64,000 nucleotides of DNA from Acidimicrobiia bacterium. Its GTDB lineage: Bacteria > Actinomycetota > Acidimicrobiia > Spongiisociales > UBA5794. The notes beneath the pieces were generated by a model that had not been told where the DNA came from, did not search any database, and saw nothing but the letters and a program-made list of their open reading frames with translations. Numbering within the stretch: the first letter of the stretch is position 1; each line of letters begins with the position of its first letter. The DNA lies in NCBI GenBank assembly GCA_035461905.1, contig DATHUV010000143.1:1587-65586 (forward strand), in the 5' to 3' direction. The translations under genes and the position numbers were made by a program. Of this stretch, positions 1 through 8,982 are shown one piece after another.

Positions 1-208
1 GGCCGCCGTAGTCACAGCCTCCAGCATCGAGGACGAGGCCTTCGAACCCGGGGTCCGGGGCGCGCGTCGTTGTGGTTGTCGATTCAGCCGGCGCTTCGGT
101 TGTGGTGGTCGTCGTCTCCTCATCGTCGCCGGAATCGTCTCCGGCGCACGCTGACGCAACCATCGCAAGTGCAAGCACCAACATGAACCATGCGGTCGTT
201 CGCTTCAT
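1..208 (-). CDS. Exported lipoprotein, probably a solute-binding protein (N-terminal part only; gene continues past the left edge)
   Basis: Hand translation of the minus strand from ATG (complement of 206-208, GGAGGA just upstream): MKRTTAWFMLVLALAMVASAC/AGDDSGDDEETTTTTTEAPAESTTTTTRAPDPGFEGLVLDAGGCDYGG. Signal peptide, lipobox Cys, Thr-rich linker. Not in the ORF track because no stop lies inside the window. Confidence 0.7.
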   Translation of the reverse strand, partial: MKRTTAWFMLVLALAMVASACAGDDSGDDEETTTTTTEAPAESTTTTTRAPDPGFEGLVLDAGGCDYGG

Positions 209-410
209 GGTTCCTCCATCTTTCTCCCGTTGTTCGCAGCGTCATGGACGCTGCGAGGTGCTCAAGGTAGCGACCGATGGGATCCGATGTCCATCAAACC
301 TTTAGCTTTTTTCTTGTGGAATCCTTAGCGTTCACCTTAAGTGGTCGGCGGCTCGGTGGTGTCCAGGAGAGATGGACCTCCGAAGGTCACCAGCCGCTTG
401 GTGGTGAGGG

Positions 411-893
411 TCAGCTGGGATCGGGAAGCCGCTCGTCGGTTTCGGTCCGGAGGGCGAAGGCGTCCCTGGTGCGGACGGTCGCACCGACGACCATTCCCGC
501 CGAGAGGAGGACGAGGTTCTTCACGACGAACTCGCCTTCGACCGTGAGGAGGAGTGGGTTGCCGTCCTGGAAGGAAACCTCGGGCAGGAGCACGAGGACG
601 AGGAATGTCCCCACCATCTGTGCGGCGAAGAGGGCCAACACGGCTCGCAGGGCGATCCTGAACAGGAGGCCGACCCCGACGAGGATCTCGAACGCACCGA
701 GGACCGGCACGACCCAATCGGGGTCGAACCAGTAGACGGTGCTGGCAACCAGATCGGTCACCGGCGTGACGTCGAAGACCTTCAGCGCCCCGAACCAGAT
801 GAACACGATGGCGAGCGAGACCCGCAGTGTCGGGATGGACCACCGTCGGAGGAAGGTGGAGATCGTGGTGTCGATTCGGTCGATGGTCGTCAT
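411..893 (-). CDS. DUF417 (YkgB/RclC-like) integral membrane protein
   Basis: Track ORF 411..1343 trimmed to the internal ATG (complement of 891-893): MTTIDRIDTTISTFLRRWSIPTLRVSLAIVFIWFGALKVF... It has four hydrophobic helices and the FIWFGxLK-type motif I associate with DUF417. The upstream 150 codons are Arg/His/Pro-rich junk. Confidence 0.7.
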   Translation of the reverse strand: MTTIDRIDTTISTFLRRWSIPTLRVSLAIVFIWFGALKVFDVTPVTDLVASTVYWFDPDWVVPVLGAFEILVGVGLLFRIALRAVLALFAAQMVGTFLVLVLLPEVSFQDGNPLLLTVEGEFVVKNLVLLSAGMVVGATVRTRDAFALRTETDERLPDPS

Positions 894-1000
894 GCAAGCT
901 CCCGTGGTACACCCATTCCCCTGATACGGAACGGGGCCGACGCCGGGATGAGCCCTCCGCGATCGCGAGCTCGGTACCGGACACCGGTGGGCTCGTGATG

Positions 1001-1318
1001 CTACGGCCCCGTGTAGTGGACCTGCTCCCAACACACCCGGTGGATCTCGAGGTCCTCTGCGCTGACGTCGGTCGTGTCGATGACGATGGGACGTCCGCCC
1101 GCCTTCATCCACTGAGTGGGCTCGGTGAAGGTGCCGCCGGATTGTTCGACACATTCGAGGAAGGGCGCCATGAGGGCGTTCCGACTCTCCATGCGGCTGA
1201 TGGTGCTGACGATGTTCACAACGGTGAGCGCGAGCACGCCGAGGAGGAGGGTGGACACCCACCAGTAGCGGGTGCCTGTCGGTCGGAGCGTGCGTTGTCG
1301 TTCCGTCATGTCGTCCAC
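1001..1318 (-). CDS. Small membrane-anchored hypothetical protein
   Basis: Track ORF, 105 aa. The first codon is GTG and an ATG lies at codon 4. One TM helix (YWWVSTLLLGVLALTVVNIV) is followed by a ~60-aa soluble part with two Cys. Codon-3 GC bias is consistent with coding. No family recognised. Confidence 0.5.
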   Translation of the reverse strand: MDDMTERQRTLRPTGTRYWWVSTLLLGVLALTVVNIVSTISRMESRNALMAPFLECVEQSGGTFTEPTQWMKAGGRPIVIDTTDVSAEDLEIHRVCWEQVHYTGP

Positions 1319-1456
1319 TCAGCCGGAGGCTACCGGTCGGCACCGCTTGCGAGACGGGAGGGCGCCAGGGAGGGAGTCGGTCGAGGCCAGGTGAGACGAT
1401 CCTGTGGCTCGGCCTCGGACACCACCTCTAGAGTCCGTCATCGAGGGGATGGACAC

Positions 1457-2653
1457 ATGGATTCGAATCCGGTGATGGAGTCGTTGGGGAGGCCACTGCG
1501 TCTCGCAGTCATCGGTGGTGGACCAGGCAGCTTCATCGGTGCGATGCACCGGTCGGCGGCACGGCTCGACGGCCGGTACGACCTGGTGGCGGCCGTCCTT
1601 TCGTCCGACCCCGATCGTTCCCGATCGGCGGCCACCGACCTCGGCATTGCCGATGAACGCGCATACGGTGATGTCATCGAGCTCCTCGAGGCGGAGGCCG
1701 TGCGGCCGGACGGCGTGGACGTTGTTGCGATCATGACGCCGAACGACAGCCACCATCGGTACATCGTCGCCGCGCTGGAACGGGGCTTCGATGTCATCTG
1801 CGACAAGCCGATGACCAACACCGTCGCTGAGGCACTGGACGTCGTGCATACGGTTCGCACGACCGGACGGGTGTTCTGCCTCACCCACAACTACACCGGG
1901 TATCCCCTCGTACGGCAGGCCCGGGCGATGGTGGAGGATGGTTTCCTCGGGACCATCAGGCTGGTTCAGGTCGAGTACGTCCAGGGCGGCAAGGCCCGTG
2001 AGGACGATCCTGATCCGGCGGACGGCCTGCCGTGGCGGTACGACCCAGTGCGCGGGGGACCTTCGCTGGTGATGGGCGACATCGGCACCCACGCGCACAA
2101 TCTGGCGCGCTTCATCTCCCGCCTCGATGTCACCGAGGTCGCGGCAGAACTCGGCCACGTCGCACCAGATCGACTCGTCGACGACTACGGGGCAGTGATG
2201 CTTCGCTTCGAAAATGGCGCGAGGGGCTCCATGTGGGTGACCCAGACTGCGGCGGGGGTCGAGAACTGCCTGCGGATCCGTGTCTCGGGCACAGGCGGCA
2301 CCCTCGAGTGGAGCCAGGAGCACCCGACGGAGTTGGTCTTTCGCCCCCTCGACGGTCCCGTTCGCCTCTTCACGCCGAACGGCCCCGACACCCTCCCGCC
2401 TGCCCGGCGTGCTTCACGGATCGTCGCCGGCCATCCCGAGGGGTTCCTCGAAGCCTTCGCCAACGTCTATGCGGACGCCGCTGAGGTGATCGCGGCCCGT
2501 CGGGCGGGAACGTCACCCGATCCCCTTGCCCAGTGGTTCCCGAACGAGCTCGACGGTGCGATCGGCGTCCGATTCGTCGAAGCTGCCGTGACCTCGAGCG
2601 AGGCAGGTGGCAGGTGGACGAACGCCATCCTCGACCTCGATGGCGACACCTGA
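1457..2653 (+). CDS. Gfo/Idh/MocA family oxidoreductase
   Basis: Track ORF 827..2653 trimmed to ATG 1457 (GAGGGGA 6 nt upstream). It has an N-terminal Rossmann LRLAVIGGGPGSFIG, a CDKPM motif and a C-terminal alpha/beta domain typical of the family. Confidence 0.85.
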   Translation: MDSNPVMESLGRPLRLAVIGGGPGSFIGAMHRSAARLDGRYDLVAAVLSSDPDRSRSAATDLGIADERAYGDVIELLEAEAVRPDGVDVVAIMTPNDSHHRYIVAALERGFDVICDKPMTNTVAEALDVVHTVRTTGRVFCLTHNYTGYPLVRQARAMVEDGFLGTIRLVQVEYVQGGKAREDDPDPADGLPWRYDPVRGGPSLVMGDIGTHAHNLARFISRLDVTEVAAELGHVAPDRLVDDYGAVMLRFENGARGSMWVTQTAAGVENCLRIRVSGTGGTLEWSQEHPTELVFRPLDGPVRLFTPNGPDTLPPARRASRIVAGHPEGFLEAFANVYADAAEVIAARRAGTSPDPLAQWFPNELDGAIGVRFVEAAVTSSEAGGRWTNAILDLDGDT

Positions 2654-2700
2654 CGTCGCCGACTCATCCGGACTGGTCGACCCCCATTAGGCTCGCGTGC

Positions 2701-3333
2701 ATGGATGACACGACCCGGATCGCCGCGATGCAACTCTCGCGAATGCGCGGTATGACGGCGATGTATCACAAGCGGTTCTTCTTCGACATCAACGTGACGA
2801 CGGTTCTCGTGGTGGCGCTGTTGGTGATCGGGTGGTGGCAGGTCCCTGAGGCCTTCCTCCTGGTCCCTGTGGTGGCGCTGATCGGTGCCGTCGCCACGGC
2901 GTTCGATTCGTCATACCTCACGTTCGCTCGCTGGTACGCGCGGTACCTCGAGGGCTACCTCAACGATCGTCTCGGTGAGCGGATCCATGTCGCGTCCGAA
3001 CTCGAGGCCGCCTACCTGTACGAGCTGGGGACTCCGAAGATCGTGACGATTCCGATCACGGGGGAGTTCACCTGGTTCTCGTTCGTCACGATCTTCTACA
3101 CCCTCGTCGGTGCGTTGTCCTACGCCTTCGGGTTCATTCTCGGCTGGGACACACTCATGGACGCGTCGCCCGCGGTCGTCGCCGTCTACCTCGTCGGTGT
3201 CATCGGATTGACCGTGTCTGCACTCGGCTTCGGACTGTGGTGGTTCGTTGGAGGCGTCGGTGAGCGAAGGCTCGAGCGAGTACTCGAGGAGCGGTTCGGC
3301 GTCCCGACCGCATCATCCGACAACGACGAGTGA
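2701..3333 (+). CDS. Integral membrane protein, function unknown
   Basis: Track ORF 2533..3333 trimmed to ATG 2701. It has several hydrophobic helices (VLVVALLVIGWW, LLVPVVALIGAVATAF, FTWFSFVTIFYTLVGALSYAFGFILGW, AVYLVGVIGLTVSALGFGLWWFV). Start is uncertain; no family recognised. Confidence 0.55.
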   Translation: MDDTTRIAAMQLSRMRGMTAMYHKRFFFDINVTTVLVVALLVIGWWQVPEAFLLVPVVALIGAVATAFDSSYLTFARWYARYLEGYLNDRLGERIHVASELEAAYLYELGTPKIVTIPITGEFTWFSFVTIFYTLVGALSYAFGFILGWDTLMDASPAVVAVYLVGVIGLTVSALGFGLWWFVGGVGERRLERVLEERFGVPTASSDNDE

Positions 3334-3372
3334 ATCGAACCACGTCATCGACAAAGACAAGGCGAGGACGAC

Positions 3373-3696
3373 ATGATCGGTATCAGGATCGCAACCGTCA
3401 CACTGACAGTGGTGATGTTCATCGCGATCGGTGTTTCAGCGGCGACCGGGGACTTCAGTGGTGAAGGATCCCAGCTCCTCGACCTGCCGTGGGGCAGGAT
3501 GTCGCTCATCGACCTCTACGTCGGTGTTGCGCTGATCTGGGGATGGGTCGTTCTCAGGGAGGCGAAGCTGTGGGTCGCGTTCGCTTGGCTCGCGGCGTTC
3601 ATCGTGCTCGGCCATGGCGGAACGGCGCTGTACGCCGCGATTGCGAGCTTCCGCACGGACGACGTCGGCACCTTCCTCCTCGGCCACCGAGCCTGA
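3373..3696 (+). CDS. Small membrane protein, DUF1475-like
   Basis: 107 aa with three hydrophobic segments. The LDLPWGRMSLIDLYVG motif resembles DUF1475 proteins (family call from memory). Confidence 0.55.
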   Translation: MIGIRIATVTLTVVMFIAIGVSAATGDFSGEGSQLLDLPWGRMSLIDLYVGVALIWGWVVLREAKLWVAFAWLAAFIVLGHGGTALYAAIASFRTDDVGTFLLGHRA

Positions 3697-3723
3697 CGAG
3701 GAGCCGGGGCGCCGGACGCGAGG

Positions 3724-4182
3724 TCAGCCTGCCTCGCCCGTCGCCGCGAGCCGGTTCAGCTGTGCCGCAATCCCGGCCTCCGCGTGGTCAGCGAGCTCCT
3801 TGAACTTCGATCCGAGGAACGGCTCGGCGAGCCGGAGGACGCCCTTGAGCCGGATGTCAGCCGTGTAGGTGACTGCGGTGCCGCCGTCGGAGACCTCGGC
3901 GAACTCGAGCGTGTCCACGGCATGGGTCGTGGACCCGTCGCCGACGAGCGTGACCATGTAGTTCGGCTTGTACGCCGTGACCTCATACACCATGGGGAGC
4001 TTGCGGTCACCCCACAGGACCATCACGTCGTAGGTCTGACCGAGGCGGGGCCCTGTGTCGTCCCTCGCCACGGAGGACTCCTGGCCGGGATCCCATTCGG
4101 GGCCGTTCGAGAAGTCGGCGAGGTAGGCGAACACCTCGTCGATGGGAGCGTCGGTTGTGATTGTGCGGATCAGCTTTGGCAT
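3724..4182 (-). CDS. SRPBCC (START/polyketide-cyclase-like) ligand-binding protein
   Basis: 152 aa. The N-terminus MPKLIRTITTDAPIDEVFAYLADFSNGPEWDP is typical of the SRPBCC superfamily. It sits 1 nt downstream of the SDR gene and is probably co-transcribed with it. Confidence 0.8.
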   Translation of the reverse strand: MPKLIRTITTDAPIDEVFAYLADFSNGPEWDPGQESSVARDDTGPRLGQTYDVMVLWGDRKLPMVYEVTAYKPNYMVTLVGDGSTTHAVDTLEFAEVSDGGTAVTYTADIRLKGVLRLAEPFLGSKFKELADHAEAGIAAQLNRLAATGEAG

Positions 4183-4183
4183 G

Positions 4184-5158
4184 TCAGTTCTCCGATTGAT
4201 CGTCCGGTCGGGGATGTGTTTGGGGGGACTTCAGGTATGGTGCAGCGTCGCTCGCCATCTTCTCGAGGAAACGCTGTCGCTTGGACGGGTCTTCCTTCGT
4301 TTTCTTCAGACGGTGGGTCGGGCGTTCGGTGCGGTCGTGCCAGAACGATCCAGAGGCGTCCGCCGCCTCGTCCGAGGCCACTAGCCAGACGATCGTGTCG
4401 GCGCCCTGCGCCTCGTCGCGCAGGAACGGTCCCGTGATCTTCCGGAAGGTCGGGAGCGACGTCTGCACCCCTGCGGTGTCCACCCATCCTGGGTGCATCG
4501 AGTTCACCGTGACGCCCGTTCCGTCGAGCTCGTCCGCCCACTCCTCGGCGAGAACGACCTGGCCGCGCTTGGTGCGGGCGTAGGCATCGGTCCCGTCGTA
4601 CTCACCCATGTCCGATTGGAGGTTCTTCACGGTGAGCCCCTGGGAGTACATGCCGCCTGAGGAGACCATCACGATCCTGGCTGGCGCCGACCCGATCATG
4701 ACAGGAAGCAGGGTGCGGGTGAGGACGTACTGCCCGAGGAGGTTCGTTGCGTACGTGATCTCCCAGTCCTCCGCGGTGACGGTTCGTTCGTGGATCATGA
4801 TCCCGACGTTGTTCACGAGGCCGTGGAGCGGATGGCCCGACGCGGTGTAGTCGTCGGCGAGGCGCCCGATGTCCGCCATCAGTGACAGGTCGGCCAGATA
4901 CGGGATGACCGTGCCGGTGGCGTCGGACACGAGTGCGTCGAGTTTGTCGACACTCCGGCCGACCGCATGGACGACGGCGCCGTTGTCCGCGAGGCGCATG
5001 GCAGTGGCTCGGCCGATACCGCCGGTCGCTCCGGTGACCATGACGTGCTTTCCGTCGACGCCGGGGAACCGCTCATCCACTGAGAGCCCCCGCGCGGAGA
5101 AGCCGATCTTGGAGTAGCCGGCGAGTGTTGCGTCGAGTGCTGAATCGAGAAAGCTCAT
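4184..5158 (-). CDS. Short-chain dehydrogenase/reductase (SDR)
   Basis: 324 aa with a VTGATGGIG cofactor motif, NNVG and a catalytic YARTK (YxxxK). Confidence 0.85.
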   Translation of the reverse strand: MSFLDSALDATLAGYSKIGFSARGLSVDERFPGVDGKHVMVTGATGGIGRATAMRLADNGAVVHAVGRSVDKLDALVSDATGTVIPYLADLSLMADIGRLADDYTASGHPLHGLVNNVGIMIHERTVTAEDWEITYATNLLGQYVLTRTLLPVMIGSAPARIVMVSSGGMYSQGLTVKNLQSDMGEYDGTDAYARTKRGQVVLAEEWADELDGTGVTVNSMHPGWVDTAGVQTSLPTFRKITGPFLRDEAQGADTIVWLVASDEAADASGSFWHDRTERPTHRLKKTKEDPSKRQRFLEKMASDAAPYLKSPQTHPRPDDQSEN

Positions 5159-5284
5159 GCCCTGACTCTACGGACCGGGAGGAGTACTCGGATGCCGGCG
5201 CTTCGAGTGGGCCCTTCGATCGCTCATCCGCACGGACCCCCGATGCCGTATGACGAGGTACCCCTCGTGAAAGGTCCTCGTTCG

Positions 5285-6610
5285 ATGCGGATTGCAGTCG
5301 TTGGCTCAGGTATCGCCGGTATCGGCGCCTCGTGGGCGTTGAGCCAGGTGCACGACGTCGCCCTCTTCGAGGCGAGCGATCGGGTGGGGGGCCACAGTCG
5401 AACGCTCGATATCGACGTCGACGGTGTGACACTTCCCGTCGACACGGGCTTCATCGTGTACAACGAGAAGAACTACCCGAACCTCGTCCGGTTCTTCGAC
5501 ACGCTCGGGGTGGAAACCGAGGCGAGCGACATGTCGTTCGCCGTGTCATCCGAGGACGGGACGGTCGAGTACGGAGGGAGGGCCAGTGCGATGTTCTCTC
5601 GGCCGGGAGCCCTCCTCGACCGGCGCATCTGGGATGTCGTTCGCGGCATCAACCGATTCCGGGCCGAGGCTGACCGCCTCGACCGAGGACTTGTCCCTGA
5701 CGACATGACCGTCTCCGAGTACCTCGCCCATCGCGGGTACCCCGCCGGGTTCGGCTCGTACTACCTCCTGCCCCTGGCATCTGCTGTCTGGTCGGGCACG
5801 CGCAACAACGCCCAGGACATGCCCGCACGCACATTCCTCGGGTTCTTGAACAACCATGGCCTCATCCGAATCATCGACCGACCACAGTGGCGGACCGTGA
5901 CAGGTGGATCCCGTGCCTATGTGGAGCGGGCCATCAAGGAGGTCACCTCCGTGCACACGGACCGAGGAGTCGTCGCCGTGCGGCGCGGCGGCGCCGGCGT
6001 CGATGTCACGGACGTCCACGGTGTCATCGAGACGTTCGACCACGTCGTGTTCGCAACCCACGCCGACGTCACGCTCGACATCCTCGGCGGAGGTGCCACC
6101 GAGGACGAGCGTCGGGTCCTGTCGACGTTCCGGTATGACCACAACGAGGTCGTGCTCCACACCGACGTCTCCGCGATGCCGAGACGCAGGCGGGTGTGGT
6201 CGTCGTGGAACGGCATCGAGCGCGTCGGCGACGACGGGTCACGTCCGGTCTCGGTGAGCTACTGGATGAACCTCCTCCAGAACCTCGACATCGACACCGA
6301 CGTCATCGTCACGCTCAATCCCGGCGGAAGCGTCGATCCCTCGAAGGTCCTCGACCGCTGGGTGACGATGCACCCGCAGTTCGACGTCGCCACCGATCGC
6401 GCCCAGCGAGAGTTTCCTTCCATCCAGGGTCGGGACAGGGTCTGGTTCGCGGGTGCGCACCTCGGGTACGGATTCCACGAGGATGGTCTCCAGTCGGGGC
6501 TGACGGTTGCCGCTTCCCTCGGTGCTCCCGCTCCGTGGCACGACGACGTCGTGCCGGTGTCGACGGCTGCGGTCCATGCAGCACCCTCCAGGCAGTGGGC
6601 ACTCGCGTGA
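5285..6610 (+). CDS. FAD/NAD(P)-binding oxidoreductase, amine-oxidase/desaturase-like (COG2907 type)
   Basis: Track ORF 5192..6610 trimmed to ATG 5285. MRIAVVGSGIAGIGASWAL is a dinucleotide fold followed by EASDRVGGH. The protein is 441 aa. Confidence 0.8.
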   Translation: MRIAVVGSGIAGIGASWALSQVHDVALFEASDRVGGHSRTLDIDVDGVTLPVDTGFIVYNEKNYPNLVRFFDTLGVETEASDMSFAVSSEDGTVEYGGRASAMFSRPGALLDRRIWDVVRGINRFRAEADRLDRGLVPDDMTVSEYLAHRGYPAGFGSYYLLPLASAVWSGTRNNAQDMPARTFLGFLNNHGLIRIIDRPQWRTVTGGSRAYVERAIKEVTSVHTDRGVVAVRRGGAGVDVTDVHGVIETFDHVVFATHADVTLDILGGGATEDERRVLSTFRYDHNEVVLHTDVSAMPRRRRVWSSWNGIERVGDDGSRPVSVSYWMNLLQNLDIDTDVIVTLNPGGSVDPSKVLDRWVTMHPQFDVATDRAQREFPSIQGRDRVWFAGAHLGYGFHEDGLQSGLTVAASLGAPAPWHDDVVPVSTAAVHAAPSRQWALA

Positions 6611-7398
6611 GCGCCTCTGCGATCTACGAGTCGGTCGTGCGACACCGACGATTCCAGCCCATGGGGCATCAGCTGAGATACGCGGTGTGGTCGCTGCTGG
6701 TCGATCTCGACGAGATCGACGATGTCGCCAGGACGATTCCTGTGCTGTCTCACAACAGGTGGAACCTCGTGTCGTTCCACGACCGCGACCATGGACCCCG
6801 CGATGGGTCTGACCTTCGCACATGGTTCGAAGGTCACCTGACACGTGCAGGCATCGACCTCGACGGCGGCCCGGTGAGGATGTTGGTCTTCCCTCGCATC
6901 CTCGGTTACACGTTCAACCCGATCACGGTCTGGTTCGGCTACGACGCAGGCGGAACGCTGCGCGCCGTCCTGTACGAGGTCCACAACACGTTCGGTCACG
7001 CCCACTCGCACCTTGCCGTTATCCCCGAGGGCCTCGCCGGCGGCAAGCTGCCTCGACACGGGTTCGACAAGACCCTGCACGTGTCACCGTTCTTCGACCA
7101 GATCGGTCGCTACCGGATCTCACTCACACCACCCACGGACGAGTACGGAATTGTGATCGAGTACCTCGACGAGGAGGGAGCGAGGCTCCTCACCGCGACC
7201 CAGACGGGTCACAGGACCGAACTCACGACCCGCAATCTCATCAGGCAGTTCTTCACGAGCCCGCTCCTCACCCTCAAGGTCGTCGGAGGCATCCACTGGG
7301 AAGCGATCAAGCTGTGGCGCAAGGGTGCCAGGTACCGTCCCGTCCCGGCCCCCCCGATCGAGGAGATCGAGATCAGCTATCTGGCCCTTCTTGCGTAA
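6607..7398 (+). CDS. DUF1365 family protein
   Basis: GTG 6607 overlaps the upstream stop (GTGA). SAIYESVVRHRRF..LRYAVWSLLVDLDEID..NRWNLVSFHDRDHG is the conserved DUF1365 N-terminus. 263 aa. Confidence 0.8.
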   Translation: MSASAIYESVVRHRRFQPMGHQLRYAVWSLLVDLDEIDDVARTIPVLSHNRWNLVSFHDRDHGPRDGSDLRTWFEGHLTRAGIDLDGGPVRMLVFPRILGYTFNPITVWFGYDAGGTLRAVLYEVHNTFGHAHSHLAVIPEGLAGGKLPRHGFDKTLHVSPFFDQIGRYRISLTPPTDEYGIVIEYLDEEGARLLTATQTGHRTELTTRNLIRQFFTSPLLTLKVVGGIHWEAIKLWRKGARYRPVPAPPIEEIEISYLALLA

Positions 7399-7438
7399 CT
7401 GGGTTCCACACAGGGTGGAACCCAGTTACGCAAGAAGG
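7386..7438. terminator. Perfect 24-bp stem / 5-nt loop hairpin shared by two convergent genes
   Basis: CCTTCTTGCGTAACTGGGTTCCAC (7386-7409) pairs perfectly with GTGGAACCCAGTTACGCAAGAAGG (7415-7438). The TAA stops of both flanking genes lie inside the two arms. Confidence 0.6.
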
Positions 7439-8883
7439 CCGGAGTGGCGCTCCTCGGCGGCGGCGGCGATGTGTCGAAGCATCCGACCGAAGATCGGGCC
7501 GTGGAATGGCAGGAGGGCGTACCAGTAGAGGCGGCCGAGCAGGCCCCGCGGACGGAAGAACGCCTCCTGGTGGAGCACGGACCCAGATGGTGTGGGTGCG
7601 ACGCTCCAAATGAGCCACGCATCACCCGGTAGCTTCATCTCGGCTGCGAGCTCGAGCCGGCTTCCCACGGTGACGTCGGCGACGCGCCAGAAGTCGATCG
7701 CATCCCCTGGGCGTATCTCGGTGGGATGCCGCCTGCCCCGACGCAACCCGATACCGCCGACCAGCGTGTCGATGACGCCGCGCAGTGCCCATGCCCAGCC
7801 GAACCCGTAGTACCCGACCTCGCCGCCCACGCGGCTGAACGCCCAGTACACGTCATCGGTACCGGCATGGGTGCGAACCGTCCTGCGGTCCTCGAACAGC
7901 GTTCCTCCGCTCCAGGATGGATCGGCGCCCATCGGCCGTGCAGGGGACGCCTCGGCGTCGGACCAGCGCGTCGGGGCCTTCAGCCCGTCCGCGATGTCGA
8001 CCGCAAGCTCCACCGAGGTTCGGAAGTCGATCGGCTCGATGTCGAAGCGATCCAATGCGGACCTGTCCGACACGACGACCTCGTGCTTGAGCGAGTCGAC
8101 GAGCGGGCGTGCAACGTTGACGGGCAGCGGGGTGACGAGCCCGATCCACAGGGACGACAGACCCGGGGACAGCACGGGGACCGGGATGATCAGCCGCTTC
8201 GGGAGGCCTGCGACCGATGCATAGGTCTGCATCATGTCCTCGTACGTGAGCACGTCCGGCCCGCCGATCTCGTAGATGGTGTGGCCGGGCGGATCATCGT
8301 CGATGCCGGCAACGAGGTAGGACAGCACGTCGCGGATCGCGATCGGCTGGCAGCGTGTGCGAACCCACTTGGGGGTCGTCATCGCAGGCAGGACCTGCGT
8401 GAGGTGCCTGAGCATCTCGAACGACATCGAGCCTGATCCGATGATCACGGCGGCGCGGAATTCCGAGACCGGAACACCTCCGGAGGCCAATGCTTTTCCC
8501 ACGTCATGGCGGCTCGAGAGGTGCCGTGACAGGGATCCGTCGTCGATGCCCAGCCCGCCGAGGTAGATGATCCGCTTGACCCCCGCCGTGCCCGCCGCCC
8601 CGGCGAACCGGGTGGCGGCGATGTGGTCCGTCTCCTCGAATCCCTCGCCACCTCCCATCGAGTGGACGAGGTAGTACGCCACGTCGCACCCGGCGAGCGA
8701 CTCGTGGAGGTCTTCACTGCGCACCAGGTCGGCAGCGACCACCTCGACCCTGTCGGCCCATGGGCGGTCGACGAGCTTGGCCGGGGTGCGCGCCAGACAA
8801 ACCACGTCATGCCCGGCAGCGAGGAGCTGGGGCACCAGGCGACCACCGATATATCCGGTGGCTCCCGTGACGGCGATGCGCAT
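7426..8883 (-). CDS. NAD(P)H-binding SDR/NmrA-like protein with C-terminal DUF2867 domain
   Basis: 485 aa. The N-terminus MRIAVTGATGYIGGRLV is a Rossmann fold. The C-terminal DFWRVADV..RLELAAEMKLPGDAWLIW matches the DUF2867 signature as I remember it. Confidence 0.8.
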   Translation of the reverse strand: MRIAVTGATGYIGGRLVPQLLAAGHDVVCLARTPAKLVDRPWADRVEVVAADLVRSEDLHESLAGCDVAYYLVHSMGGGEGFEETDHIAATRFAGAAGTAGVKRIIYLGGLGIDDGSLSRHLSSRHDVGKALASGGVPVSEFRAAVIIGSGSMSFEMLRHLTQVLPAMTTPKWVRTRCQPIAIRDVLSYLVAGIDDDPPGHTIYEIGGPDVLTYEDMMQTYASVAGLPKRLIIPVPVLSPGLSSLWIGLVTPLPVNVARPLVDSLKHEVVVSDRSALDRFDIEPIDFRTSVELAVDIADGLKAPTRWSDAEASPARPMGADPSWSGGTLFEDRRTVRTHAGTDDVYWAFSRVGGEVGYYGFGWAWALRGVIDTLVGGIGLRRGRRHPTEIRPGDAIDFWRVADVTVGSRLELAAEMKLPGDAWLIWSVAPTPSGSVLHQEAFFRPRGLLGRLYWYALLPFHGPIFGRMLRHIAAAAEERHSGLLA

Positions 8884-8982
8884 GGCGGCCCCTTTCGTGA
8901 AGCCTCAGTGTTCGGTACGCCGTTGCTCGAGGGATGACGAGATCGGCGCGCCCCGGTTCCCACCGGACTTGCGGTCCCGGTC

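Noticed and set aside
72-305. 77-aa plus-strand ORF with a VVVVVVSSSS run at the left edge
   Set aside because: It is the mirror image of the minus-strand lipoprotein gene (poly-Val is the antisense of poly-Thr). The minus frame has a signal peptide, a lipobox and an SD.
827-2653. Very long track ORFs with Arg/Pro/His-rich N-terminal extensions (also 411..1343, 9468..11252, 8983..10089, 24610..25542, 29922..31700, 31343..32482, 44141..49012, 48807..50039, 60780..62309)
   Set aside because: The extensions have no protein-like composition and overlap neighbouring genes or intergenic regions. Internal starts with SD sequences or stop/start overlaps give products of canonical family length. All were trimmed.
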